Shown in pieces: positions 49,199-59,739 of a DNA stretch of 64,000 nt; position 1 is the first letter of the stretch, and the number at the start of each line of letters is the position of its first letter. The position numbers were made by a program, and so were the translations under genes. The stretch covers positions 3,374,316-3,438,315 of the forward strand of contig JAXLXH010000001.1 of NCBI GenBank assembly GCA_046328015.1. Direction: 5' to 3'. The notes under the pieces are model-generated. The model ran no database searches. It saw only the letters and a program-made list of their open reading frames with translations, and was not told where the DNA came from. Origin of the DNA: Candidatus Sericytochromatia bacterium. Lineage in GTDB: Bacteria > Cyanobacteriota > Sericytochromatia > UBA7694 > JACMQJ01.

Positions 49199-49612
49199 TT
49201 AGCCTCCTAAAAGTTTTACTAAAAATACTGTAATCATACCAAAAGATATAAAAGTTAGTACGGATGCCAAAGAGCGTACAGATTTTCTACCTAAACCACA
49301 TACTCCATGACCACTAGTACAACCATTTCCTAAAGCAGAACCAAAACCTACTAAAAAACCTGCAATAATCATATTAAAAAGATTGTATTCAGTCTCTTTT
49401 GCCCAAAAACTAGGAAATAAGGTATTAATAAAAAAACCACCAACTACTAAGCCTATTAGAAATAGTAATCTCCAAGAAATATCTTCATTTTTATTAAATA
49501 CCCCTTTTGTAATACCACTAATTCCTGCTATTTTTCCATTAAAAAATAACATAATAACTGCTGTTAAACCTATTAATAACCCACCTAAAAGTGGAAATAT
49601 ATAATTACTCAT
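49199..49612 (-). CDS. YeeE/YedE family (sulfur-transport) membrane protein, half-size, with a conserved Cys motif
   Basis: GNGCTSGHGVCGLGR resembles the YeeE/TsuA conserved cysteine loop. Confidence 0.6.
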   Translation of the reverse strand: MSNYIFPLLGGLLIGLTAVIMLFFNGKIAGISGITKGVFNKNEDISWRLLFLIGLVVGGFFINTLFPSFWAKETEYNLFNMIIAGFLVGFGSALGNGCTSGHGVCGLGRKSVRSLASVLTFISFGMITVFLVKLLGG

Positions 49613-49643
49613 AAAACTAAATTATCCCTCTTAAAATATATAT

Positions 49644-50456
49644 TTAATGACTTCCTAAGCCTTCTTTTAAAAGAATAAAAATACCCATTACTAAAACAAA
49701 CCATCCAAAAGCAGGTTTTAATTTTTCACTAGGAACAAATTTTGATAAATAAGTTCCAATAAATGCTCCTGCGATTGTAAATACTGAAAAACCACCTAAA
49801 AATGACCAATCTATACTATTATTTCCTAAATCACCTAAAAATCCAAATAGAGATTTTATTGTTATAACTAATAAAGAAGTGGCTACCGCTTCTTTCATTT
49901 CCATTTTAGCGAACATTACTAAAACTGGGATAACCAAAAATCCACCACCAGCACCTATTAACCCTGTTAGAATTCCAACAATTAACCCCTCTAAAGATAC
50001 AAATGCTAATTTTTTTGCTTCTGAAATTTCTTTTGGCGGTTCTGAATTCTCTTTTTTCTTTTTTATCATTGAAATGGATGCTGCAACCATCATTAAAGCA
50101 AATAGAAAAAGTATTCCTGTATCTTTATTTAAAGTATAATTTCCTATATGTAATAATTCTTTTGGAATAGCAGGGACTATAAATTTTCTAGAACTAAAAA
50201 CGCCTATAAAAGAAGGTATTGAAAAAATAATACCTACTTTAAAATTAACTAAGTTCTTTTTTACATAGCCAATAACTGCAAATAAGCTAGTTAAACCAAC
50301 TATAAATAACGAATAAGCTGTAGCTAATACAGGTGGAATTTTAAATAAATAAACTAATATTGGTACAGTTAATATAGATCCACCGCCTCCTATTAACCCT
50401 AGCACGCCTCCCATGAGAATTGCTGAAATATAACCAAGAATATAAGACATTTTCAA
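49644..50456 (-). CDS. TauE/SafE family (DUF81) membrane protein, paralog of 47999..48784
   Basis: It has the same architecture as the other TauE paralog and the two share the N-terminus (…IGGGGSILTVPILVYLFKIPPVLATAYSLFIVGLTS). Confidence 0.75.
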   Translation of the reverse strand: MKMSYILGYISAILMGGVLGLIGGGGSILTVPILVYLFKIPPVLATAYSLFIVGLTSLFAVIGYVKKNLVNFKVGIIFSIPSFIGVFSSRKFIVPAIPKELLHIGNYTLNKDTGILFLFALMMVAASISMIKKKKENSEPPKEISEAKKLAFVSLEGLIVGILTGLIGAGGGFLVIPVLVMFAKMEMKEAVATSLLVITIKSLFGFLGDLGNNSIDWSFLGGFSVFTIAGAFIGTYLSKFVPSEKLKPAFGWFVLVMGIFILLKEGLGSH

Positions 50457-50510
50457 CTCCTTTTAATATACCATACGGTATATGGTATATAAATTATTGA
50501 TAATTGTCAA
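50457..50510 (-). promoter_or_regulatory. Promoter/operator of the TauE-YeeE operon. TTGACA lies upstream of overlapping palindromes (ATACC-N4-GGTAT within TATACCATATACCGTATGGTATAT), with a GGAG RBS
   Basis: Read on the minus strand, the sequence is TTGACAattatcaataatttaTATAccatataccgtatggtatattaaaaGGAGttgaaaATG. Confidence 0.4.
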
Positions 50511-50654
50511 TGATTTTACTTTAAAAGTTATATCATGTAACAAAAATGAACTTTAAATTAAACTGAATATTCCTAAAAATAATAAAAAACCCCTATATTT
50601 TTATATAGGAGTAAAAATTATCTGATACAAAGTATAATTATTAATAGTTAATTA

Positions 50655-51866
50655 TTACATTCTACCTTTTAACATACCATTCCAATACATATCAGGTAAA
50701 GCATAGGCTTTTAACATATACATACTAAATCTTTCTTTTGATTGATCAAATGGAAAACTTTCAGTTGGAACACTATTATAATCAAATTCAGCTAAAATTA
50801 GGCTTCCATAGCCAGTTACTAATGGACAAGAAGAGTAGCCATTATATTGAGCAACAGGTTCTTTATGATTCATAACATCTAATAAATTTTCAACTAACAC
50901 AGGAGCTTGTTTTCTTATAGCGGCACCAGTTCTTGCTGTAGGAAGATTAGCTGAATCACCTAAAGCAAAAATATTTTTATATTTAACATGTTGAAGTGTA
51001 TTTTTATTAACATCAATAAAACCAGTTGCATCTACAAGTGGACTTTGTTTTATAAAATCAGGAGCACTCATAGGAGGAACTACATGTAAAAAATCAAATT
51101 TAATTGTAGTTTCCTGATTAGTATCCAAATGTTTAAAAGTAGCTTCTTTTTTATTGCCATCAACTGCAATTAATTCTTCTCTAAATTTAGCATCAATTTC
51201 TTTTCTTAATAGCACTTTTTCTAAAGCTTTTTTGTATTTAGGTACACCAAAAATACTAGCCAAACCACTTCTAAACATAACATTAGAGTTAGATCTAACC
51301 TGTGATTTATTTCTAAAATAATCTTCAATTAAATAAAGAGCTTTTTGAGGAGCACCACCGCATTTTATAGGGGTTCCAGGTTGTGTAAATATGGCATTAC
51401 CACCTTTAAATTCTTGTGCAAATTTCCAAGTAAAATCAACAGTATTATAATCATAATTACTACAAACACCATTTTTACCCATAGTTTCTTTTAAACCAGC
51501 TACTTTTTCCCAATTTAATTGCATACCAGGAGAAACTATTAAATAATCATAAGATATTACTGTACCACTTTTAGTAACAACTTTATTTTCTTCTGGTAAA
51601 AACTTATCAGCAAATTCTTTTATCCAAGTAACTCCATCAGGAATATAATCTGCTTCATTTCTAACTGAACCTTCTTTATTAAAGACTCCACCACCAACTA
51701 AAGTCCAAATAGGCTGATAATAATGCTTTTCAGAGGGTTCTATTATTGCTATATCTAAATTAGGATCCTCATTTTTTAATCTAGCAGAAACAGTAATGCC
51801 ACCAGTACCACCACCAATTACAAGTATTTTATGATGCATTTGATTTTCCATTTTTCTTTTCTCCAT
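50655..51866 (-). CDS. sqr: Sulfide:quinone oxidoreductase / FAD-dependent pyridine-nucleotide-disulfide oxidoreductase
   Basis: The N-terminal FAD motif KILVIGGGTGG is present. The second motif FALGDSANLPTARTGAAIRKQA and the 403-aa length are typical of SQR. Confidence 0.8.
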   Translation of the reverse strand: MEKRKMENQMHHKILVIGGGTGGITVSARLKNEDPNLDIAIIEPSEKHYYQPIWTLVGGGVFNKEGSVRNEADYIPDGVTWIKEFADKFLPEENKVVTKSGTVISYDYLIVSPGMQLNWEKVAGLKETMGKNGVCSNYDYNTVDFTWKFAQEFKGGNAIFTQPGTPIKCGGAPQKALYLIEDYFRNKSQVRSNSNVMFRSGLASIFGVPKYKKALEKVLLRKEIDAKFREELIAVDGNKKEATFKHLDTNQETTIKFDFLHVVPPMSAPDFIKQSPLVDATGFIDVNKNTLQHVKYKNIFALGDSANLPTARTGAAIRKQAPVLVENLLDVMNHKEPVAQYNGYSSCPLVTGYGSLILAEFDYNSVPTESFPFDQSKERFSMYMLKAYALPDMYWNGMLKGRM

Positions 51867-51869
51867 ACA

Positions 51870-52430
51870 CTATTTTTTTAAATTTTTTAGTAATAAAACA
51901 GAAGCAAAAAGATTATTTTTTACTTCCGTATCATTCATTAGTCTTAATATTTCTAATATGCTTGCATTACCATGTCTTTTAGATTGATTAATTGATTTAT
52001 CAATATTTTTAGTAATTTTTTCTATATCTTCTAATTTCATATATTTTAATAAGATATTTTTTATATTATTTACCTTGTCATTATTATTTAATTGAATAAA
52101 TCTTTCATCTATTGAATCTACAACCATATTTAAAATATTTGGTATTTCTTTTAATTTATTAATATTATCAATTAATTCTGGATACATATTATTAACAGAG
52201 TTTAGAATTTCTAAAGTTTCTTTTTTACCTAAATTATCAAGTAAATTTATTGCTGTATTAAAACGCTCTAAATTTAATTTTTCATCCATTTTATTGTCTA
52301 TTGTATCCATTACAGTAGATAAAACATTTTCACCATCAGAAACAAAAGATTCTAATTTTTCTATTCTTTTTTCTATTTTATCTATTTTTGTATTTATTTC
52401 TTTTAATATTGATAATAATTCTTCTGACAT
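51870..52430 (-). CDS. Coiled-coil hypothetical protein, possibly the DUF1641-type partner of SQR
   Basis: It is helical and acidic, sits immediately upstream of sqr in the same orientation, and is 186 aa long. Confidence 0.35.
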   Translation of the reverse strand: MSEELLSILKEINTKIDKIEKRIEKLESFVSDGENVLSTVMDTIDNKMDEKLNLERFNTAINLLDNLGKKETLEILNSVNNMYPELIDNINKLKEIPNILNMVVDSIDERFIQLNNNDKVNNIKNILLKYMKLEDIEKITKNIDKSINQSKRHGNASILEILRLMNDTEVKNNLFASVLLLKNLKK

Positions 52431-52551
52431 TATTTTTACTCCAATTTTTTATTTTTTATAGAGAAATCTTTAAAGGTAGATTTTATTAATAAATTATTTA
52501 TTTTATATAGAACAGTTTATTATTAAACAGGTTTTTATATTTTCATAGAGA

Positions 52552-52646
52552 GAGCATCCAAAAAGTCAGTTTTTACAAAAATATTGGTGTTAAACCCATT
52601 ATTTTTGTAGGGGAAACTAAAAAGGGGTGCCTGTTTTTGGATACCC
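52552..52646 (+). repeat. Conserved ~100-nt nested-hairpin element, copy R2, 36 nt 3' of the DUF2892 gene
   Basis: It aligns with 12520..12619: TCCAAAAAGT(C)AGTTTTT…AC(A)AAAAA(T)ATTGGTgTtAAA…(T)TTTTT-GTAG-GGGAAA…TTTTTGGAtAccC. The inner stem shows compensatory changes. Confidence 0.45.
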
Positions 52647-52682
52647 TCAGAAGTTAATAAAACCCCAAAATATAAGGTGTTA

Positions 52683-53015
52683 TTAGAAGGTATATTTAAC
52701 ATTAAATAAACTATAAAGTGGACAATATCCAGAAGCCGCTGTTCCTAATGGTATAACTGATACTCCTACCAAAGTCCAGCTTATTTCTGGTTTTATGCTA
52801 TTAGTTGTTAAACCATAAATACCTGTTCCTAATAAACCTGCACCTATTACTGCTCTTATACTTCTATCTATAGGGCCTTCATTAACAGGTAAACCAAAAA
52901 TAGTAGTTTCTATTTTTTTATCTGTACTTACAGTTTTTACTTCTTCAGCAGAAGCAGTTAATGATGTTCCCAAAATACTGCTACTTATTAGTAATGTGGT
53001 TAAAAATTTTTTCAT
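52683..53015 (-). CDS. DUF2892 (YgaP-like) small secreted/membrane protein
   Basis: A signal peptide is followed by the C-terminal pattern DRSIRAVIGAGLLG…IPLGTAASGYCPLYSLF characteristic of DUF2892. Confidence 0.55.
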   Translation of the reverse strand: MKKFLTTLLISSSILGTSLTASAEEVKTVSTDKKIETTIFGLPVNEGPIDRSIRAVIGAGLLGTGIYGLTTNSIKPEISWTLVGVSVIPLGTAASGYCPLYSLFNVKYTF

Positions 53016-53097
53016 TTTATTTTCCTCTAATTTCTTGTAATCAAGTATATTTAGAGTATAATATTTTTATAAAAAATCTTCAGTAACTTAAGTTACT

Positions 53098-54636
53098 CTA
53101 GTTTAAAAAGTTTAAATTTCCAAAATTTGACATAAATTTTAGAGCCATTTTTTCTTGTTGAAAATTTTCTAAGCTTATTTTTGCTATTTCATTTATAAAA
53201 GGAGAATTATAATAATCATCTAAATTTAATGCTGCACATAATAAAAGTTTTACTTGTTTTTTTACTTTAGTTGAATTAGGGCTAAGTTCTATTAAAAAAT
53301 CAGCGGTTAATAATAATCTTTTTTCTAAATCTTTAAGATCATTTTTTATGAATAAATCAATAAATTCTTTTTTTATTTTATCATTTATAAAATCATCTTT
53401 ACCTTTATTTTTTTTATCAATAAATTCTTCCATTTTTTCTTCGAAATAGAACCAAGAAGAGCATATTTCAATATCTAAAATTTTATTTGTTTCAGAAAGT
53501 AATTTTTTATCATTTTTTATTTTATTTAAATCAAATTTGGATAAATCAATATTATACTCTTTAGGTTCTAAAACTTTTTCTTCAATAAATTTTTTTCTAT
53601 TTATTAAAAATATAGGAGAAACTTTAATATTATTTTCTTTCATAATAAATAAGATATTTTTTAGTAAGCTCATATATTTATTATATGAAATTGAAACAAA
53701 TGAAGTACCTTCTTTATGTGTTAATTGGGCTAATAACTCATCAAGATCCTTTTTTGAGCATAATTTAGAAAAACAATCTTTTATACCTTCTTTTTCATTT
53801 ATTAGTAAAAATAAACAATTAAATTTTTTGCCATCTTTTCTTATTAATATTAAACTTTGGCTACCTACTCCATCAATATTTGAAGCCAAAACAGTATAAA
53901 CATCACCTAATTTTTTAATTTTTGATTTATCTGAAATACCTTTTAAAGACATCTTTCTAATAAGTCTTTCCATATTTTCTTTTATATCTTTATCAGATAA
54001 ATAATCTATAGTATTTTTTAATATAGAATATATATTTTCATTATTACTTTTTGAAAGTTTATCTAAAATAATTTCAGATAATTTTTTATCTTCTAACATA
54101 AGAATTGCTTCTAAAAAAGGATATAAATTTTCATTTTCATGTTCAAAGACACTATTTATAATAGCAATTTTATGTTCAGGCTCTATATTTAAAAAAATTT
54201 CTAATTTTTCTTCTATATTTTCTTTCCCAGTAGCTAATTTTATAACAAAATTATTAAATTCTCTTTTTAAAAGAGATTCTATATCTTTAAAGGCAGATCT
54301 AAAGTCTATTTTACTCAGATCAAATTCTAATTCACCTAATAAGGCTATTAGCATAGCTTTTTTATCATCTGTTAACTTATCTAAAAAAATTATATGTACT
54401 AATTTATCATGATAATCTTCATCGCCTATAGCTGATATTATATTAAAAGCTACCAAAAAATCATCATCATTACTTAATAATCTATTAAAAAGTTCTTCTT
54501 TTAAAAGATATTCATCAAATTCTAATAATTCATCCAATGCAGAATCAAAATCATCATTTGAAACTTTATCTTTTATTAGAGAATCTAATATTTTATTTAT
54601 AGCTTGTTTTTCTTTAAATAGTTTGTTTGATGTCAT
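53098..54636 (-). CDS. Hypothetical acidic cytoplasmic protein (512 aa)
   Basis: This is a long ORF with normal coding composition. I recognise no domain. Confidence 0.5.
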   Translation of the reverse strand: MTSNKLFKEKQAINKILDSLIKDKVSNDDFDSALDELLEFDEYLLKEELFNRLLSNDDDFLVAFNIISAIGDEDYHDKLVHIIFLDKLTDDKKAMLIALLGELEFDLSKIDFRSAFKDIESLLKREFNNFVIKLATGKENIEEKLEIFLNIEPEHKIAIINSVFEHENENLYPFLEAILMLEDKKLSEIILDKLSKSNNENIYSILKNTIDYLSDKDIKENMERLIRKMSLKGISDKSKIKKLGDVYTVLASNIDGVGSQSLILIRKDGKKFNCLFLLINEKEGIKDCFSKLCSKKDLDELLAQLTHKEGTSFVSISYNKYMSLLKNILFIMKENNIKVSPIFLINRKKFIEEKVLEPKEYNIDLSKFDLNKIKNDKKLLSETNKILDIEICSSWFYFEEKMEEFIDKKNKGKDDFINDKIKKEFIDLFIKNDLKDLEKRLLLTADFLIELSPNSTKVKKQVKLLLCAALNLDDYYNSPFINEIAKISLENFQQEKMALKFMSNFGNLNFLN

Positions 54637-54650
54637 TTTTATACTCTCTT

Positions 54651-55745
54651 CTAAATTAAAATTTCAGAATTTATATTTAATTTTTTGGCAATTTGTTCAA
54701 AAACCTTATTTACTTGTAGATTTTTTATACAAGTTAATGCTTCACAAGTAGTAATTCTTTTATCCCATAAACATGGAGTACAATCTAGACTTTCTCTAAC
54801 AGCTGTAAATTTTTCATCTGGAGGTAAAATCTTATTTTCATTTGTTGGACCAAAAATAGCCACACATTCTTTATTAATTCCTACACATAGATTAAGTGGA
54901 GCAGAATCAACACAAACTAATAAATCAGCTTGTTTTATCAAAGCTGATAATTGATCTAGATTTTTAGTTTCACCATAAGCATTTATAAAATGTTCAGAGG
55001 TAGCTATATTTTTAGATATATAATCTATATCATCTTTATCATCTGGTCCACCAGCTAAAACTACTTTTATATTTTTATTAGTTAATAAATTAACTAATTT
55101 TACCCACTTTTCTTTTTCCCAAGTTTTAATAATATTTTTTTGTTTACTTATATTACTAGCACCAGGATGTATAATAACTTTTTTAAACTCATTTGAATCT
55201 AAATTTTTAGTTTTAAACCAATTTTCACCCCATTCTAATTCATTTTTGGGAATAATTATTTCTGGTTTTGCATCAAGCATATCTGTATTTATTCCAATTC
55301 CTTTTAGAAGTTCAAAATACATCCTACCTGCATATTGATTTTTATTTAAAGTAACCTTTTTAGTATATAAAAAAGTTAATTTATTTGTATCATAACCAAC
55401 TCTAAATTTAGCTCCTGATAAATATAATAAAATAGGAACAAGTGGAGAACTACCCAATGAAATAGCTAAATCTAACTTTTCATTTTTTAATTTTTTTATA
55501 AATTCAACATAATCTCCAAACTTAGGTTTATTTTTTAGATCAAAAGTTATTACTTTATTAACAAAAGGATTTTTTTCAGCTACTATTTTTGATCTAGGTT
55601 CTACAACTAAAACTATTTCTGATTTTGGATAAATATCTCTTAATACCTTAATTACAGGAAAAAAAAGGATTACATCTCCTAAGCCTCCAAAACAAATCAA
55701 AAGGATTTTTTTAAATTCTCTTGAAACGGGTGTATCATAAAACAT
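54651..55745 (-). CDS. Family 9 glycosyltransferase (LPS heptosyltransferase-like)
   Basis: The N-terminal KKILLICFGGLGDVILFFPVIKVLR and the C-terminal GT-B fold are typical of RfaF/WaaC/WaaQ. Confidence 0.8.
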   Translation of the reverse strand: MFYDTPVSREFKKILLICFGGLGDVILFFPVIKVLRDIYPKSEIVLVVEPRSKIVAEKNPFVNKVITFDLKNKPKFGDYVEFIKKLKNEKLDLAISLGSSPLVPILLYLSGAKFRVGYDTNKLTFLYTKKVTLNKNQYAGRMYFELLKGIGINTDMLDAKPEIIIPKNELEWGENWFKTKNLDSNEFKKVIIHPGASNISKQKNIIKTWEKEKWVKLVNLLTNKNIKVVLAGGPDDKDDIDYISKNIATSEHFINAYGETKNLDQLSALIKQADLLVCVDSAPLNLCVGINKECVAIFGPTNENKILPPDEKFTAVRESLDCTPCLWDKRITTCEALTCIKNLQVNKVFEQIAKKLNINSEILI

Positions 55746-55748
55746 AAC

Positions 55749-56357
55749 TTAAATTTCTCTTCTTCCTTCTAGAGCTTTTGCTAAAGTAAGTGTATCAGCG
55801 TATTCCAAATCACCACCTATTGGTAATCCAAAAGCTATTCTTGTTACTTTTATACCTAAAGGTTTAATTAACTTACTTATGTATAAAGTAGTAGCTTCTC
55901 CTTCTACTGTAGGATTTATAGCTAAGATTATTTCTTTTATAGATTCAGATGAGCTTTGTATTCTTGAAAGTAGTTCTTTTATTCTTAATTTATCTGGACC
56001 AATTCCATCCATAGGTGAAATGAGACCTTGTAATACATGATAAGAACCTCTAAATTCTTTTGTTCTCTCTAGGGCTATCAAATCTTTTGGTTCTGCCACT
56101 ACACAAATATCAGTTTTTATTCTTTTATTATCATTACAAAAAGAACAAGGATCTTCAGACGTTAAATTTGAGCAAATAGAACAAAATACTACAGAGCTTT
56201 TGGCTTCTAAAAGAGCATTAGCAAAAGATTTAACATTATTTTCAGATTGTTTTATTATATGAAAAGCAAGCCTTTGGGCTGTTTTAGATCCTATTCCAGG
56301 TAATTTTTCAAATTCCTCAATAAGTCTAGCCAAAGGCTTTGCATAAATATCATTCAT
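55749..56357 (-). CDS. recR: Recombination protein RecR
   Basis: The HhH N-terminus [22 protein letters not shown], a C4 zinc finger (CSICSNL…CSFC) and a Toprim domain are present. Confidence 0.9.
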   Translation of the reverse strand: MNDIYAKPLARLIEEFEKLPGIGSKTAQRLAFHIIKQSENNVKSFANALLEAKSSVVFCSICSNLTSEDPCSFCNDNKRIKTDICVVAEPKDLIALERTKEFRGSYHVLQGLISPMDGIGPDKLRIKELLSRIQSSSESIKEIILAINPTVEGEATTLYISKLIKPLGIKVTRIAFGLPIGGDLEYADTLTLAKALEGRREI

Positions 56358-56713
56358 TAGAAAAGTTTATCTAATCCAGGTATATTCATTCCACCTGTTA
56401 TATTATTCATTTTTGATTGAGCTAAGTTATTAGCTTTATTAATAGCATCATTAACAGCTGCAACAATTAAATCTTCTAATGTTTCTAAATCATCTTCATC
56501 AACTGCATCCTTAGATATTTTTACAGATTTTATAAAATGTTTTCCATTAGCTTTTACTTTAACAGCTCCGCCACCAGAAGTTCCTTCAACTTCATGATTT
56601 CCTAAATCATCTTGAACTTGTAAAAGAGACTCTTGCATTTTTTGAGCTTCTTTCATTATTTTTCCTAAATCCATTCCGCCTCCACCAAATCCTCCTGGGA
56701 ATTTATTTTTCAT
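56357..56713 (-). CDS. ybaB: Nucleoid-associated protein YbaB/EbfC
   Basis: The central LMKQAQKMQE…[12 protein letters not shown] pattern and a length of about 118 aa match. The gene overlaps the recR start by 1 nt, the classic ybaB-recR arrangement. Confidence 0.85.
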   Translation of the reverse strand: MKNKFPGGFGGGGMDLGKIMKEAQKMQESLLQVQDDLGNHEVEGTSGGGAVKVKANGKHFIKSVKISKDAVDEDDLETLEDLIVAAVNDAINKANNLAQSKMNNITGGMNIPGLDKLF

Positions 56714-56840
56714 ATTTAACTCCTAAAACAATTTTAAATTATATATTTTTTTCTATTAGTTACCCAAATTTTGAGCAAAATTAATTATATCAGAAATTAA
56801 TTATTTTCATTATAAGATTTATAAAAAAATATCTTAAAAA

Positions 56841-57131
56841 CTACTTTAATTCTTTTGCACAATCGCTACCAAACTTCTCTGCATCTTTATCTTCTATTTT
56901 ACTTGGATCTTGATTTGCTATTTTTAGTTTATCTAAAGAACATTGGCATAATTTATTTATTTTTTCTGAATTTAAATCATAAGCTGTTTTTTTTACTTGA
57001 ATTTGACAAGAAGTTAAAAAATCTTTTTCAAAATCTGAATTCCATTTATCTGGTATAGTTGTTTTAACATTATTTTGGCAAGAACTAGCTATAATAAAAA
57101 ACGATAAAATAAAGATTATTTTTTTTAACAT
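56841..57131 (-). CDS. Small Cys-rich lipoprotein
   Basis: The leader ends in IIASSCQNN and the mature part contains 5 Cys. Confidence 0.5.
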   Translation of the reverse strand: MLKKIIFILSFFIIASSCQNNVKTTIPDKWNSDFEKDFLTSCQIQVKKTAYDLNSEKINKLCQCSLDKLKIANQDPSKIEDKDAEKFGSDCAKELK

Positions 57132-57137
57132 AATAAT

Positions 57138-58556
57138 TTATTCAAATTTACCTAAAATTTGTTCTGTATTAAAAGATTTTTCACCTCTTTTAGCAAAAAA
57201 ATGTTGAAACTTAACAAGGTTATCAGTTACTTCATCTTTTCTAATTACAAACTCATCTAAAAATGCCATAACAGATTCTGTATTATAAATATCTAATAAA
57301 TAATAAGGATACTTTTCATCATGAAAACCAAAAATAATATCATTTTCTTCTTTTATAGGAAAAGCTATAAATGGAAATAATTCATCTGGTGTATTATGAG
57401 TAGCTATTTCAAGTATTTTCATTATTTTAGGTGCCGTATAATCAAAAGCTGATTTGGCTTGTCCAGTTTCATCAAAATGAAAGCTATTACCTATAACTCC
57501 AGCTGGTTTTTGTAAACAAGCAGCATCAATTAAAGCAGGATTCCACGGTGTATCTGTTATTAGTGCATCACAATATAAAATAAGAGTTTTATACATATCA
57601 TAACCCAATGCAACAAATGTTTTATATTTTATTTTAGAACCTTTAATCCAAGCATCTATTTCAGGGCTTTTATCAAAAGAAGAAATAAATAAATTAACTT
57701 CTGTATCCAACATTTTTAAATATTCTATAACAGTATTAACAACTCTTGCATAATGAACAGGCTTAACTCTTATTAATCCTTGTATTTGCATAGCTGGGCT
57801 AAACATTAGAAAAATATTTTTAGCATTATTGTTCATACCCAAGGGAGCTCTCATTCTATCAGTATCTTGGTTTTCATAATCAACATTAGAATAATTCCAA
57901 TAAAAATAATCATCTTTTATTTCTTCTTCTTGTTCTCCTTTAATAGGAGGTTCAGCAGGTGGAGAAACTTTTATAATATTAGGATAAAAATCATATCTAC
58001 TAGAAATAATATCTTTGTTATCAAACATTCTAAAAAGTTTTTTATTTGTAGTATCTTCTTCCGATTGTAAACGTCTTCCTTTCAAAGAAATATTATCATC
58101 TATCAATAAATCCATCTCTGTTTCAGGAGAATAATTATCTGGATTATATTTTGATGAAAAACGAAGTTTTACTTTTTTATCATTTGTATATTCAAAATAA
58201 TCCAAAGGATCTATGATATTTATAGGAGCATTTACTTTTTCTAACCATCTCAAATCAAAATTTAAAATTTTATAATCACTTCCATATTCTGATGTAAAAA
58301 ATATTTTATGGAAATCAAAAATAAATACAGCTGATATTTGTCCTTCTGTTAGTATTGTATTTAGAGAAGATTCATTTAGATCTCTGCTTTGGTTAATTAT
58401 TTTAAAAACCTTTTCAGTTTTTTTTATATAAACTTCTGGTATATCAGAAATAAAGCAAAAAACATTAGTTGTTTCTGGCATTTCATCTATAAATTTAGAC
58501 ATTAATTGAGCTTCATAAGTTGAATCGGCACCAAATAGAATAAAAATATAGTTCAT
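57138..58556 (-). CDS. Hypothetical protein (472 aa), cytoplasmic
   Basis: This long ORF begins 2 nt after the YeaH stop, so the two are probably co-transcribed. I see no recognisable domain and it is not SpoVR-like. Confidence 0.5.
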   Translation of the reverse strand: MNYIFILFGADSTYEAQLMSKFIDEMPETTNVFCFISDIPEVYIKKTEKVFKIINQSRDLNESSLNTILTEGQISAVFIFDFHKIFFTSEYGSDYKILNFDLRWLEKVNAPINIIDPLDYFEYTNDKKVKLRFSSKYNPDNYSPETEMDLLIDDNISLKGRRLQSEEDTTNKKLFRMFDNKDIISSRYDFYPNIIKVSPPAEPPIKGEQEEEIKDDYFYWNYSNVDYENQDTDRMRAPLGMNNNAKNIFLMFSPAMQIQGLIRVKPVHYARVVNTVIEYLKMLDTEVNLFISSFDKSPEIDAWIKGSKIKYKTFVALGYDMYKTLILYCDALITDTPWNPALIDAACLQKPAGVIGNSFHFDETGQAKSAFDYTAPKIMKILEIATHNTPDELFPFIAFPIKEENDIIFGFHDEKYPYYLLDIYNTESVMAFLDEFVIRKDEVTDNLVKFQHFFAKRGEKSFNTEQILGKFE

Positions 58557-58557
58557 T

Positions 58558-59664
58558 TTATTTACCTTTACCTAAAAAAGTTTTTATGGAAGCCATTATG
58601 GCTTCTTTATTTTCTATTTCTGATAAAACAACATTTTCTTCGTCTTTAAAAACTTTCTCAAGTTCTTTTATAAATTTTCCACTACCATATCTACTTTCAA
58701 CTTGACCATAACAAAACATATTAACAAATGGTAAAACATCTTTTTTTAAGATATTCATACATTCTCCATTATCTTTATCTGACCAATTATCACCATCAGA
58801 AAAATGAAAAGGATAAATATTCCAATCTTCACTCGGATATTCTGTTTTTATGATCTCTGCACAAAGTTTATATGCCGATGAAATAATTGTTCCTCCACTT
58901 TCCTTTAAAGAGAAAAAAGTATCTCTATCTACTTCTTTGGCAACTGTATCATGAATAATATATCTGGTTTTTAGATCTTTATAATGAGCTCTTAACCATG
59001 TATCTATCCAAAATGTTTCCATTCTGACTATTTCTTTTTGTTCTTCTTCCATAGAACCAGATACATCCATCATAAAAATTACTACTGCATTTGTTTCTGG
59101 TTTTATTACAGGTTTAAATGTTCTATATCTTGTATCATGTTTTATAGGTATTATTACTGGATTACTAGCATTATAAGTACCTGTAGTAATTTGTCTTTTT
59201 AGTGCTTCTTTAAAAGTTCTTTTAAAATGTCTAAGAGAATTAGGACCAACTGTACTAATACCAGAGTATTTATTTTTTTCTACAGTGACATTTTCTTTTC
59301 CTTTTGGTTGTATTCTTGGTAATTCTAACTCATTACCCATTATTTCGGCTAGTTCTTCTATAGAAAGCTCTACTTCTCTAGAATGTTGTCCTTCACCTTC
59401 ACCAGCTTGACCAGAACCAGGTTGATTAGGATCTCCATTTACAGGATCTCCTACATCTCCCTCTCCTTGACCAACTCCATTAGATTTTTTTTCATCAAAT
59501 TTAAAATGAGGAATATCTATTTGAGGCAGTGGAATACTAACAAGATCTTTACCCTTTTTTCCAATCATTTCACCTGTAGACATATACTTTTTAAGGTTTT
59601 GACGAATCTTACCTTTTACAATATTTTTAAATCTACCTAAATCTTTTTCTATTCTTTCTACCAT
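58558..59664 (-). CDS. YeaH/YhbH family protein (DUF444, vWA-like)
   Basis: [24 protein letters not shown] and FSDGDNW match the conserved blocks of E. coli YeaH and B. subtilis YhbH. A Gly/Pro/Asp-rich segment lies near residues 60-90. Confidence 0.8.
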   Translation of the reverse strand: MVERIEKDLGRFKNIVKGKIRQNLKKYMSTGEMIGKKGKDLVSIPLPQIDIPHFKFDEKKSNGVGQGEGDVGDPVNGDPNQPGSGQAGEGEGQHSREVELSIEELAEIMGNELELPRIQPKGKENVTVEKNKYSGISTVGPNSLRHFKRTFKEALKRQITTGTYNASNPVIIPIKHDTRYRTFKPVIKPETNAVVIFMMDVSGSMEEEQKEIVRMETFWIDTWLRAHYKDLKTRYIIHDTVAKEVDRDTFFSLKESGGTIISSAYKLCAEIIKTEYPSEDWNIYPFHFSDGDNWSDKDNGECMNILKKDVLPFVNMFCYGQVESRYGSGKFIKELEKVFKDEENVVLSEIENKEAIMASIKTFLGKGK

Positions 59665-59739
59665 TTTGTATTTCTCATACTTTGTATTTGCTATAAAGGA
59701 CTAAAAATAAAGTGTTAATATTATTTTAGCTTATAAATA

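Noticed and set aside
57138-58556. SpoVR assignment for the gene next to YeaH
   Set aside because: The size is right at about 470 aa, but the sequence lacks the conserved N-terminal SpoVR blocks (WSFGK, PCYA…LVIAH). It is left as hypothetical.
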